Assembly (NCBI GenBank): GCA_965200245.1
Contig: CBDATS010000004.1
Coordinates: 512,001 to 576,000 of the forward strand
Origin: a bacterium
GTDB lineage: Bacteria > UBA8248
DNA length: 64,000 bases
Direction: 5' to 3'
A program made the position numbers and the translations under genes. The notes beneath the pieces are model-generated. The model was not told the DNA's origin. It worked only from the letters and a program-made list of their open reading frames with translations, and did no database searches. Shown piece by piece: positions 30,089 through 39,967 of the stretch. Each line of letters begins with the position of its first letter. Position 1 is the first letter of the stretch.

Positions 30089-31768
30089 TTATTCCGTCAC
30101 GGCCAAGGGCGCCATGGCTTCGATGTCGCTCACACAGTCGATAACGACGGGGCAGTTCGCACTGAAAGCCTGATCGAGCGCGCTCCCCAGTTCGCCCGGT
30201 TTTTCCACCCGGATGCCCAGTGCACCCATGGATTCGGCGATTTCGGCGAAATTCACCGCGTTCAGCTTCCATAGTTCATACGCCTGCTCGGTCTGCTGGC
30301 CGCCGTAAGCGCGGTCGAAACCGCGCTTGGACTGGTTACCCGAGGCGTTGTTGTTCACCAGCGTCACGGCGTTTATCTTCCAGCGCACGGCGGTCTCGAT
30401 TTCGGATAGATGATACCAGAATCCCGAATCGCCGTTGAAGGTGAATACCGGCCTGTCGGGAGCGGCACACTTCGCCCCGAGACCCGCCGAGAAGGCCCAG
30501 CCCAGATGGCCCGCGCTGCGCATATAGCTCTGCTCGGGGTGCGAGAGGTCGTACATGCCGCCCATCCACATGCCCGAATGGCCCGTGTCGGCCAGTACAA
30601 TGCAGTCAGACGGCAGGGAATCTGTCAACTCCTGACAGATGCGCTCAGGGCGCATGGGCGCAGCGTCCGATTCGAGATATTCACCAAATTCATCACGCCA
30701 GCCCTGCACGAACGCTTGCGAACGCTCCACCCAGCCCGCGCGCGAGGCTGCGGTTTCTCCGTTCGCCGCATCGACCATCTTCTGCAGGCTCACCTTGGCG
30801 TCGCCTAGAACGGCGACTTGCAAGGGGTAGTTGCGCGCAAGGGCTTCGGGTTCGATGTCCAGTTGTATGGCGGGCGTTCCGATGGGCGGCACTGCCCAGA
30901 AGTGCGTCGTCATGCCGCCCGTCTCGGCACCTGCGAAAAAGACCATATCAGCCGTGTTCACGACACGGTTTGCGCTCTTTCTCGAATAGGTGCCCACCAC
31001 GCCGACCGAGAGCGGGTGATTGCCCGGAATGTTGTCCTTGCCGTTCAAGGATGTCGCCACAGGAATGTTCAGCTTCTCGGCCAAGGCAATGAGTTCCTTC
31101 GAAGCGCCCGATGAGCGCACGCCGCCGCCGGAGACGATGACGGGGCGCTCGGCCTTCTCAAGCAATTCGACCGCTTTTTTTATCCGCGCCATTTCCGGCT
31201 CAGGTCTGTATGGAGGGAGTTCCCTGAAATCTTCTTCGATGATCACCTCCATCTCGGCCTCTTCGATGTCGAGTTGGCCTTCGTTGCCCGCAAACTGGAG
31301 GTGTACCGGCCCCGGACACCCCGATGTGGCGACGCGGAAGGCCTGGCGGAGCATATCCGGGAAACGCGAAACGTCGTCCACCGTGGCGTTGAACTTCGTC
31401 ACGGGCTCGAAGGCGGGCACATCGTCCACCTCCTGGTAGACTTTTCGGAACTTGGTTTGCGGCACGCGCCCGCCCGTGAAGGCGAGCACCGGAGCTTTCG
31501 CCAGATAGGCGTCCCGCAGGCCCGCCGCCAGGTTCAGTGCGCCGATGACCTGCGCCATGCAGACGCCGGGTTTCTTGCCCGCGCGGGCGTAGCCATCCGC
31601 CATGTAGGCGGCAGATTTCTCACCATGCGTCTGAATGCGGGCAATGTTCGTGCGCTCTTCCATCTCGGCCATCGATCGCCTCAGGACGGCGGGAACCAGA
31701 AAAACGTGAGTCACACCATAGCCCTTGAGCATCTCGGCCATGACTTGGGCGCCTGTCATTTTCGGCAT
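30089..31768 (-). CDS. thiamine diphosphate-dependent enzyme (acetolactate synthase-like superfamily)
   Basis: HGEKSAAYMADGYARA, PGPVHL, GDSGF...NN ThDP motif. Confidence 0.9.
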   Translation of the reverse strand: MPKMTGAQVMAEMLKGYGVTHVFLVPAVLRRSMAEMEERTNIARIQTHGEKSAAYMADGYARAGKKPGVCMAQVIGALNLAAGLRDAYLAKAPVLAFTGGRVPQTKFRKVYQEVDDVPAFEPVTKFNATVDDVSRFPDMLRQAFRVATSGCPGPVHLQFAGNEGQLDIEEAEMEVIIEEDFRELPPYRPEPEMARIKKAVELLEKAERPVIVSGGGVRSSGASKELIALAEKLNIPVATSLNGKDNIPGNHPLSVGVVGTYSRKSANRVVNTADMVFFAGAETGGMTTHFWAVPPIGTPAIQLDIEPEALARNYPLQVAVLGDAKVSLQKMVDAANGETAASRAGWVERSQAFVQGWRDEFGEYLESDAAPMRPERICQELTDSLPSDCIVLADTGHSGMWMGGMYDLSHPEQSYMRSAGHLGWAFSAGLGAKCAAPDRPVFTFNGDSGFWYHLSEIETAVRWKINAVTLVNNNASGNQSKRGFDRAYGGQQTEQAYELWKLNAVNFAEIAESMGALGIRVEKPGELGSALDQAFSANCPVVIDCVSDIEAMAPLAVTE

Positions 31769-31887
31769 TCTGAGTTTCTCCTTTTCAAAATTCCTGACGC
31801 AATAACATGACGACAAAGAACAAGTTGCCGCCGATTCGGAAAGTCCGGGGAATACCGGATAGAGTTATCAGCTAAGGGCGAGAAAAT

Positions 31888-32790
31888 CTAGCCGCCCAGC
31901 GCATCGCGCACGGCGTCGGGAATCTCGCGCATATCCTCCACCACAGTGGCGCCCGCTTCCTTCAACAGCGCTTTTTTCCGTGCGGGCGAGCCCTCCCCGC
32001 GTTCGATGATGGCCGCCGCGTGGCCGAAGCTCACACCCTGCGGGGCGGTTTCGTTCACCATCCCCGCGATGAAGGCGACCACCGGCTTGGTGAAACCGTC
32101 CTCGCCCATCAGCCGCGCTGCGTCCTCTTCGGCGCACGAACCCGGCTCTCCGAACAGGACGACACACTCGGTATCCGGATCGTCTTCGAACAAGGGCATG
32201 AGTTCCGAAAAAGGAGCACCCACCATGGCGTCTCCCCCCACGCTCACATAGGTGCTCTGGCCGATTCCTTCCCGTGTCAAGAGCCAGCAGGTCTCACTGC
32301 CCATCCCCCCGCTTCTGCTGAGCACGCCCACGGGTCCACGCCTGAACAGGAGGTTGGTGACGGGCAAGCCCCCGCCTGTACCGCCCATCTTGGCCCGTCC
32401 CGGGCTTATGATACCCTGGCTGTTGGGACCTACGAGCCGCACGCCCTCGCGCCTTGCGTGGGCGATCATCCGTGCCACATCGTGCCGGGGAACGCCCTCG
32501 GCGCATACGAGAATCAGATCGACACCCGCCTTCGCCGCCTCTATCGCCGAATCCGCCGCAGAGGCGGCCGGAACGAACAAGACGGCAGCGTCCGCTCGAT
32601 GTTCGCCCAATGCAGTGGCGAACGAATCAAAAACGGGTATGCCGTCGCAATCCTCGCCTCCACGACCGGGCACCACACCCGCCACTACGCGGGTTCCGTA
32701 CTTACGCATGAAGCCCGTGTGGGCGCGCGCCTGCCAGCCCGTGATCCCCGCCACGACGACGCGCGTTGCCTCGTCAATCAAAATGCTCAA
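31888..32790 (-). CDS. succinate-CoA ligase-like alpha subunit
   Basis: GITG, VVAGVVPG, GPNSQG, SRSGG, VSVGGD, FGHAAA phospho-His. Confidence 0.88.
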   Translation of the reverse strand: MSILIDEATRVVVAGITGWQARAHTGFMRKYGTRVVAGVVPGRGGEDCDGIPVFDSFATALGEHRADAAVLFVPAASAADSAIEAAKAGVDLILVCAEGVPRHDVARMIAHARREGVRLVGPNSQGIISPGRAKMGGTGGGLPVTNLLFRRGPVGVLSRSGGMGSETCWLLTREGIGQSTYVSVGGDAMVGAPFSELMPLFEDDPDTECVVLFGEPGSCAEEDAARLMGEDGFTKPVVAFIAGMVNETAPQGVSFGHAAAIIERGEGSPARKKALLKEAGATVVEDMREIPDAVRDALGG

Positions 32791-34033
32791 CTTGCACCTC
32801 CGGTGTCGTCCACGACTCGCCGCGTTTGATGGCTTCCACCTGCGCGATGATGCGCTCGGCCGCTTCTTCGAGTGTCACTTCATCCCCAAGATACTGAAGA
32901 CCAGGGCAGCCTGCGGCGATTTCCCGCGCTTCCTCCCCGCCCGCGCCCGCGAACCGAACGATGAAGGGGAATTTCGCGAGGTCGACTTCCATCTCCTCCA
33001 CCGCTCGGACAATGGCGCGGACTTTTAGCTGAACGCGCGAGAAACTTGTGATGTTGCTGCCTGCGAGCACACCCTTCACATGCGGCATACGGAGAATTTC
33101 TTTCGTGATCTCGAAATACTTCTCTTCCAGCGGACCCGGCGTGATATCGAACGCCGTCGCGGGTTTTCCGCCCAAGCGCGCCATCGTGTCCAGCAGGTAC
33201 AGGCCGCCCCCTCCCCCACTCCACATGAGGGCGATCTCCCCGCCCTCGATTTCCGTGAAGCGCGTCGTGTTGTATGGAAGTATCCTGGCGTCAATCTCTG
33301 CCACCCTCGCCTCCAGCAGTGTGGGCGGCCGCCAGCCGCCGTCCGAATCCTCATCAAGCAGTTGCCTGAGTTCTTCGTGGCGGAACAGCGCGTCCGGATC
33401 CAGATCGAGCACACATGCAGCAGCGAGGACATCATCCCTGTCGGTCAAGACGAGGGGATTCACCTCCAGGAGCCGCGCCTCGGTACGGCGAAAAAGCGCG
33501 TAGCAGGCTTCCAGAGCCAGTGCCGCGCGGTATAAACCCTCACCGTGCACCCCACAGGCACGAAGATACGAGATGCAGTGCTCCTCACTCAGGCCATCTA
33601 GGATATCGACTTCAAACCGTTTAAGGGCGTCTGGATTATCTTCCAGGAGCGTTTCTATCTCCACGCCGCCATCGGTGCTGAACATCACGATCGGCCCGCG
33701 CGAGGCACTGTCAAAGGCGATGGAAAGATACCATTCCTGCGCGATCACGACTTTCTCTTCCACCAACAGTCGTTTCACGGGAAAATGGTGCACGGTGCGG
33801 CCCATGAGCTTTCGCGCCACATCTTCCGCCGCACCTGGCGTATCGGCGGAGAGAACCGCCCCCGCCTTGCCGCGCTTCCCCACGGGAACCAGCGCTTTCA
33901 CCATTACGGGACCGCCGATTGCGCGCGCCGCCTCGGCCGCCTCCGCAGGCATGCTCACGGAGTGGCCTCGGGGGACCGCCACGCCTGCATCTCTCAGAAG
34001 CAGTTTGGCCCTGTCCTCGAACACGCGGGGCAT
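32774..34033 (-). CDS. succinate-CoA ligase-like beta subunit (ATP-grasp), divergent
   Basis: GKRGKAGAV, GGVEIE, LLEVNPL, LDPDALFRH, SGGGGGL. Confidence 0.85.
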   Translation of the reverse strand: MPRVFEDRAKLLLRDAGVAVPRGHSVSMPAEAAEAARAIGGPVMVKALVPVGKRGKAGAVLSADTPGAAEDVARKLMGRTVHHFPVKRLLVEEKVVIAQEWYLSIAFDSASRGPIVMFSTDGGVEIETLLEDNPDALKRFEVDILDGLSEEHCISYLRACGVHGEGLYRAALALEACYALFRRTEARLLEVNPLVLTDRDDVLAAACVLDLDPDALFRHEELRQLLDEDSDGGWRPPTLLEARVAEIDARILPYNTTRFTEIEGGEIALMWSGGGGGLYLLDTMARLGGKPATAFDITPGPLEEKYFEITKEILRMPHVKGVLAGSNITSFSRVQLKVRAIVRAVEEMEVDLAKFPFIVRFAGAGGEEAREIAAGCPGLQYLGDEVTLEEAAERIIAQVEAIKRGESWTTPEVQVEHFD

Positions 34034-34065
34034 GGTTATCACACCGGAAACGGTAGGGAGCGCGC

Positions 34066-34860
34066 CTACAGGATAGCCACGGGGCGGACGGGCGAGCCCG
34101 TGCCGCCGCGCACCTTGAGCGGCAGACAGACGAAGAGGAATTCATACGCGCGCGCCTGGCTCAATTCCTCCAGCACGGCGACTTCAAGCAAATGGATTCC
34201 GCTGTCCACCAGCATGTGACAGTGCACGGGCAAGGAAGGTGCCGGCAGCACCTCGACAGCGAAGTTGTCACTACCCACCATGAAGATTCCCTTGTCGGAG
34301 AGCCACGTGGCGGCTTCGAGGTCGATGCCGGGCACGCCGCCCTTTTGGTGGTAATAGTTCCGGCCCGGCCAGTAGCGCATGTGACCCGTACGCACGAGAA
34401 CGACATCACCCTCCTCCACCTTCACCCCTTGCGCTGCAGCGGCAGTTTCAAGTTCTCCCCTGGTGATGGGTCGGCCTGCCTCCAACACGTCTTTTTCGAG
34501 ATGTCCCGCCAAGTCGAGCATAACGCCGCGCCTGACCACGGGCGCTACGCTCTCGATGCCGTGGCTCTTCAATACCCCGGTCTTGCTCTGGTGCTCGGTG
34601 ACGTTCAGGCCGCCATGGAGCTTCATGTCCCGAGCGACGTGACCCAAGGCGTCGATATGCGTGCCGGTGTGGCCCGTGCAGAAGAACGTATCCACCGCCG
34701 AACACGCGCCTCCTGCATACATGAAGTCGCCGTGTTCCCTGATCATGGAATACCCGAAGGGGCCATGGATCGGCACGTGGGGCATACCGGGAAAGAGTTC
34801 GACACCCAAATCGAATACCCTGCTGCCGCGCACAATAGTCCGCACGTCTTCCAGGTTCAT
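34066..34860 (-). CDS. cyclase family metal-dependent hydrolase (kynurenine formamidase-like)
   Basis: HTGTHIDALGH, GSDN, LKVRGGTGSPVRP. Confidence 0.92.
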   Translation of the reverse strand: MNLEDVRTIVRGSRVFDLGVELFPGMPHVPIHGPFGYSMIREHGDFMYAGGACSAVDTFFCTGHTGTHIDALGHVARDMKLHGGLNVTEHQSKTGVLKSHGIESVAPVVRRGVMLDLAGHLEKDVLEAGRPITRGELETAAAAQGVKVEEGDVVLVRTGHMRYWPGRNYYHQKGGVPGIDLEAATWLSDKGIFMVGSDNFAVEVLPAPSLPVHCHMLVDSGIHLLEVAVLEELSQARAYEFLFVCLPLKVRGGTGSPVRPVAIL

Positions 34861-35327
34861 CGTTCCCTCAAACGGAATTCAGGAAATTTTTCCGAGACGT
34901 TTCACAACGCATTATACCTGGCAACAAGTGTTCACAACTCCTGTTGGGTTAGTCCCCGTATATTCCAACGTCGCCGACCCCTGGAAACGCTTCATGAGAA
35001 ATGTCCGGGAGTTTTAGCCTCGAATGTCCAGTACCCATAGGGATTGAGCGAGTGATTCAGGCCTTTGGTCATCTTTGTCGCAGCCGTCAAAATTCGTGTT
35101 TCTCTCCTTAATGGAAAACCACAAGATATTGCACCAAAACCCAACCCATAGGAAAACACAAGAGGTTGTATCCCAAACCGAAAAATGAGGCGATGCCCAA
35201 CAAAAAAGGGAATCCCATGAATGATATTCTATAATTCCTTGCAGGAACACGCAAAATGAAGATGACTTCAGCAGCAAGGGAAAAAGGATAAAACGCGTAT
35301 TTTTAAACCCGACCGGAGCAGAGGCGC

Positions 35328-35750
35328 ATGAATTATTGGGCGTACGTTCACCCGGCCTTTCAGATTGTGACGCTCTCGCTAGGCCTGATCACGATGGCGA
35401 ACGGCCTGCGCGTGAGGCGCTCGCGCAAGGGACGCGCAGGAGCAGAGACGGCGCGCATCGCTCGCCTGCACATGCGGCTCGGACGCTGGTCCGTTGCCTT
35501 ATTCACGACGGGCTACGCTTTAGGGCTGGGCGGAATGCGCTTTGCCATGGAAGAACCTCTCTACGAGACAGCGCACAGCTATTTCGCCACCCTGGCGCTG
35601 GGCCTCTTCTGGGCAACGGCCTACCTGGGCCGAAGGCTGAGAAGAAACCTCAAGAACGTGGATGTAAGGCAGATCCACTCCTACTGCGGTTTTCTCGCTG
35701 TTTTTCTCGCACTGTTCGTCTCTGTCCTGGGAATGCGGCTGTTGCCCTAG
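35328..35750 (+). CDS. DUF4079-like 4-TM protein (cytochrome b561-like His pattern)
   Basis: VHP, LHMRLG, AHSYF, IHSYCG in four TM helices. Confidence 0.7.
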   Translation: MNYWAYVHPAFQIVTLSLGLITMANGLRVRRSRKGRAGAETARIARLHMRLGRWSVALFTTGYALGLGGMRFAMEEPLYETAHSYFATLALGLFWATAYLGRRLRRNLKNVDVRQIHSYCGFLAVFLALFVSVLGMRLLP

Positions 35751-35915
35751 CATCTCTGAAAAAGCGAATCGTGGACTGTCCGGCTCATTGCGGTCGACCG
35801 GTGAGAGCGGTTTTCGTACTCAGGGGCCAAAACTGCAGACAAACATCTGGCCCCTGGAAACGATATCTGTCTCGATATGGCAGGGATACATCCAGCAGGG
35901 CATCTCCGGTCGACA

Positions 35916-36604
35916 TTACCTATCGCCTGAGCGATTCAAGTAACAGAAGCTCCGCCCGAAATCCACGTATGACCCTTGTATGTGTATCGTCCAGGAATTA
36001 GCCACCGTGAATTCAATATCCAAACCAATCGCCCATCCGAATTCAGTCGTAACGTCGCGAAAGGAATCATCAGAGTCAAAGCGCCGTGGTGCATCCGGGC
36101 TGAAAACGATGTCGGTCCCCGAATTCTCGAACCGAACGGCTGCAATCCCGTCTTCAAAGAACGCCGTCATGGGGCTGACGGACGACCGCCCCAACTTACG
36201 CTGCCGCTTTTCACCGAATTTCAAATTCACCGTTTCATGCATCCTTGCGGATCCGGCCTGTTCGACACGGCCTTTACGTCTACGAACGTCGCGTCTGCTA
36301 CAACCCGGAGCGGCAAGCCGCCGTGCCGGAACTTCGTTCCTGTCAACCCATCGGTCAGGAAACCGGTATCCAGATAACCAAGCACCGACCCGTCACTGTC
36401 TTGGTTCGCAAACCCGGCAAAGTCGACAAATCGGTTTTCCATTCACGCGAACCCGGCACCAGCACTCGCGTACGTCGCAGCCCACTCAAACCGGACATCG
36501 CCCTTCCCGGTGCTTGCGGGATCGGAGAATGCCAGCGTCAGAATAGCGGAAAGCGCGATCACGACACTCCGCAACGCGTCGCAGCGTCACAAATACACGC
36601 TCAT
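35916..36604 (-). pseudogene. outer-membrane beta-barrel protein (Omp25/RopB-like), decayed
   Basis: Signal-like segment, internal stops and a frameshift; C-terminal GWAIGLDIEFTVANSWTIHIQGSYVDFG. Confidence 0.6.
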
Positions 36605-36806
36605 CACTGAAACCTTTTCTATTACGGGTATCATCGACATGCACATCATAGCGATTTTCCTTCCACAATTCGCAGCGACGTCATTCCACTCAAGTCCTCC
36701 ATTTTGATACAATGTATATGGTGTTAACGCTCCATGAGGCAAAATCCATGACCCGAATCCCTTTCCTGCTATCGCACCGAACCCATCCTCCCGGAGAGGA
36801 TGCGCC

Positions 36807-37451
36807 ATGTTGAAAAAATCGAGGTCCACTCTCCTTGGATCACTCCTAGTTGCCTCGGTCTGGGCCGCTTTTCCTGTCTATGCTGCGAATCAAAGCGCCA
36901 AGAACCCCTGCGCAGCCAAGAATCCATGTGCAACGAAGAACGCCTGCACCAGAGTCGGGAAAAACCCCTGCGGAGAGAATCCCGGCTCTCGAACGCCGGA
37001 AACCACGCACATTGGCAATCCTGCAAACTCCGGTGCGGGCGGTGCGGCTCCCGTGAGAAACGAGTCCGTCATGCTCATCGGCAAAGTCACCGACAGCGGC
37101 AAGGATTATCTGGACGTGCGCACCTCCACCGGGAACAGCGTGCGCGTCCATGTCACCAAGAACACGCTGGCGCATCTGGGCTCCAAACCGATCAGTCCCA
37201 CCCCTGTCAGGACCGGAACCCGTGTGAACATCTCCACACAGGCGAGAAGCGGCTACTACAAGGCGAACTTCATCTACGCGATCGAAAGTGACGGGAGCAA
37301 TCCACGCGCAGCCGAACCTCGCGCGATTAGCCAGGGCGCGCAAGGAAACACCGCCGGCAGGGACGTGAACAAGGTCAAGAACATTGGCGGGAGTAATCCG
37401 CGTGCGTCGAAGAGCGCCTGCGTAAAGAACCCGTGCGCGCCGGGTTGTTGA
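36807..37451 (+). CDS. secreted protein with NPC repeats flanking an OB-fold/DUF5666-like domain
   Basis: Signal peptide (..VYA), KNPCAAKNPCATKNAC..KNPCG, central GKVT...VRVHVTKNT...VRTGTRVNI, terminal KNPCAPGC; GGAGAGGA RBS. Confidence 0.75.
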   Translation: MLKKSRSTLLGSLLVASVWAAFPVYAANQSAKNPCAAKNPCATKNACTRVGKNPCGENPGSRTPETTHIGNPANSGAGGAAPVRNESVMLIGKVTDSGKDYLDVRTSTGNSVRVHVTKNTLAHLGSKPISPTPVRTGTRVNISTQARSGYYKANFIYAIESDGSNPRAAEPRAISQGAQGNTAGRDVNKVKNIGGSNPRASKSACVKNPCAPGC

Positions 37452-37537
37452 TAACGCCCCGCAGGGAGAGGACATCGAGTTTCATGGAATCGTATAGTGC
37501 CCTCGGGGCCTGATTGCTACCCTGCAAGGAGAACACG

Positions 37538-38185
37538 ATGAGAACGGCGAAGCGGGTGCTCATTCTCGCGCTGAATCTGGGGTTGCTGGTTCCCGGGATT
37601 GTCCCTGCAGCGAGTATCACACATCCGCCTTACTTCTATACCCAAAAACACGACAACAGCGTGAAGGACGCCGTCGCCCGGGGCAGGAAACTTTTCCGCA
37701 GCCTCGGCTGCGTGGGCTGCCATCCCAGAGGACGCACTATCCGAGGGACTGCAGTAGACGTATCAGGTGTCAGACATCCCGTTCCCATTCCCACGCTCAT
37801 CGGAGCGGCGGAGCACTTTCCGCGCCTGAGTCCGTCGGGCCAGGTGGTGAGCGTAGGCCAATTCAACGACTTCTGCGCTACAACATTCATCGGTAATCCG
37901 CCCATGGACCCTTACTCCCAAAAATACAAGGACCTGGAAACCTACGTGGTTTCGCTCTCACCTGCGCGCTACAAGCGCATGCTCGAATGGGAGTCAAAGC
38001 GCAAGGCGTTCATGAGGACGAGCCGAGACGCAGGAGGAGGCGCAAACCCTGGCGGAAGCAATCCTGCCGTGCCTGGGAACCCGCCTCACGCGAATAATCC
38101 GCACATACCTCAAAACCGGCCCGCCGCCCAAAACCCCTGTGCCGCCAAAAATCCATGTGCGAACAATCCATGCGCCAGGAAATAA
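37538..38185 (+). CDS. monoheme cytochrome c, SoxA/TsdA-like domain, with C-terminal NPC repeats
   Basis: Signal peptide; CVGCH; FPR...GQVVSVGQFNDFC...P.D..S..Y.DLETYVVSL; tail QNPCAAKNPCANNPCARK. Confidence 0.8.
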   Translation: MRTAKRVLILALNLGLLVPGIVPAASITHPPYFYTQKHDNSVKDAVARGRKLFRSLGCVGCHPRGRTIRGTAVDVSGVRHPVPIPTLIGAAEHFPRLSPSGQVVSVGQFNDFCATTFIGNPPMDPYSQKYKDLETYVVSLSPARYKRMLEWESKRKAFMRTSRDAGGGANPGGSNPAVPGNPPHANNPHIPQNRPAAQNPCAAKNPCANNPCARK

Positions 38186-38259
38186 CGGAGTTTGAACCGG
38201 CACCACCGAGGATCATCCGGCATACAACATAGCCGGGAAAGACGACGAAGGACGGAAGA

Positions 38260-39060
38260 ATGATGTTTGGGAAGAAAGGGAGTTTCGGGATCGCTCTGGC
38301 GCTCTCGTTATACCTCGCGTTACCCGCCACCTCCCTCGCGGCGAAGAGGATACCCCCCCATCCTGAGACGGCGAAGCAAAACGGCGGAGACTACTGGCGG
38401 GGCAAGAAGATATATGAGGAAATCTGCTTCTCCTGCCATGGGGTCAAGGGCGACGGCAAGGGACCGATCTGGCGCACGGTGAGACCGAGACCGCAGGTTT
38501 TCATCAGCCCCTACATGAAGCGCATGACGGACGACTACATGTTCACCGTCGTGAAGTTCGGCAAGATGAACACCCTCAAAAACCGGACCAAAGGCCATAG
38601 GATCCAAAACGGCGTCCCCACCGCCATGCCCTCTTTCGGTGAAGCGATCGAAGACGGACAGATACGAAAACTCATCAGGTGGGTACGCGGCTTCAGCCAA
38701 GGTAATCAACCGAAAGATGAGCGGACCCGGAAAACCTTCATCGACGCCTGTTCTCCGTGCCACGGCAGAAAGGGCCTCGGCAATGGAACCCGCCCGGTGG
38801 AGGATCAGAACCCCGGCAAGCCGTTCATAAGCCACATCCAACCGCCGCCAATGAACTATCACCTGAAAGAACAGATGGCACGCTTTGGTGATGGGTTTCT
38901 CTTCTGGCTTGTCAAACTTGGACGCATCGACGTCACCGAGATGAAGAAGTTCGACTTCATGAAGTCCTACGGCCACCTGCTGAAAGACGAGGATATCTGG
39001 TCGGTCGTCCACTATGTCAGGGAAACATTCATCAACGGAAAACCGAGAAAGAAAAAATAG
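38260..39060 (+). CDS. periplasmic diheme cytochrome c
   Basis: Signal peptide; CFSCHG..GDGKGP...TAMPSF; CSPCHG..G.G.G...FMKSY...IWSVVHYVR. Confidence 0.88.
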   Translation: MMFGKKGSFGIALALSLYLALPATSLAAKRIPPHPETAKQNGGDYWRGKKIYEEICFSCHGVKGDGKGPIWRTVRPRPQVFISPYMKRMTDDYMFTVVKFGKMNTLKNRTKGHRIQNGVPTAMPSFGEAIEDGQIRKLIRWVRGFSQGNQPKDERTRKTFIDACSPCHGRKGLGNGTRPVEDQNPGKPFISHIQPPPMNYHLKEQMARFGDGFLFWLVKLGRIDVTEMKKFDFMKSYGHLLKDEDIWSVVHYVRETFINGKPRKKK

Positions 39061-39111
39061 AAGAGGAAGTCCAGAACTCCTCTAACTCCCGCCGCCACCG
39101 GGTGAAACCGA

Positions 39112-39540
39112 ATACGTTTATGGAGTCTTCATCCCAAATATCTGGACGCCAGAGGCCTCGTCGCCTTGTGGAGAGAAGCCCTCCTTGCACAGGCAGTTCT
39201 GGCGGACGAGGCAAAGGGCTATCGCAATCATCCCCAACTCGATCGTTTCCGCGCAGTCACCAGACCCGCCGCTCACATCACCGAATATCCGAGAGCCGTA
39301 CACACGGAATCCATCGAGCGCAACTACTGCTTCGATGAGAGCAAGACAGGCCGTCCTCGCTCTGCGAGGCGATTGGCCGTAACGAGCGGCCAGATTGATT
39401 TCGAATGGCAGCATCTGATGAAAAAGATCGAAACCCGCGCGCCTGAGCGACACGAAAAATTCACGCCAATTCTTTCGCCTGATCTTCATCCTCTCTTTCG
39501 CGTCATCCCCGGTGGCATCGCCGACTGGGAACATCCTTGA
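39112..39540 (+). pseudogene. pyrimidine-dimer DNA glycosylase/endonuclease V family; start codon appears mutated to ATA
   Basis: (I)RLWSLHPKYLDARGLVALWREALLAQAVL...GYRNHPQLDRF; in-frame TGA just upstream, so no alternative start. Confidence 0.75.
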
Positions 39541-39655
39541 ACTTCGTTTCAGGCGAGACACGGCGTCAGGTTTATGGGAAACCACGCGCATCTCCCGAAA
39601 AATCGGGGAGTTCAAGACGCATGTCTAAATGATCACCCGACAATGGGAGTTCACG

Positions 39656-39967
39656 GTGTATTTGAACGTCGAAACATTGCACAAGGATATCACCGCCTTT
39701 TGCGAGCGCTGAAAAGTGACGCAACTCGCTGTCTTTGGCTCCGCGTTACGCGAGGATTTCGGCCCCGACAGCGACGTTGACCTCCTCGTCAGTTTCGAGG
39801 ACAGCGCGCGTCATACGCTCTTCGACATGGTCCGGATGGAAGAGGACCTCAGAACTATTTTCGGACGTGATGTGGATCTCGTCAGTCGGCGCGGCATCGA
39901 GAAAAGCCGAAACCACCTGCGACGAAAGGCTATCCTGGAATCTGCGGAACTCCTTTATGGCTCGTGA
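39656..39967 (+). pseudogene. MNT antitoxin with internal TGA
   Basis: [33 protein letters not shown] (TGA 39710-39712 at a usual Trp position). Confidence 0.8.

Noticed and set aside
31888-34033. Naming these genes sucC/sucD
   Set aside because: Motifs and context diverge from TCA-cycle succinyl-CoA synthetase, so the symbol was withheld.
35014-35277. AT-rich 87-aa ORF
   Set aside because: No recognisable motif or RBS; probably spurious or heavily decayed.
36895-36975. AAGAACCCCTGCG-type short repeats as a CRISPR array
   Set aside because: They are coding NPC repeats: short, in frame, with no spacers or cas genes.
37538-38185. Naming this gene soxA
   Set aside because: Only partial resemblance; it is short and has no soxXYZB neighbours.
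39710-39712. In-frame TGA in the MNT gene as Sec or a recoded Trp
   Set aside because: The position is normally Trp (TGG>TGA), no hairpin follows, the partner gene is broken, and TGA is an ordinary stop elsewhere in the window.
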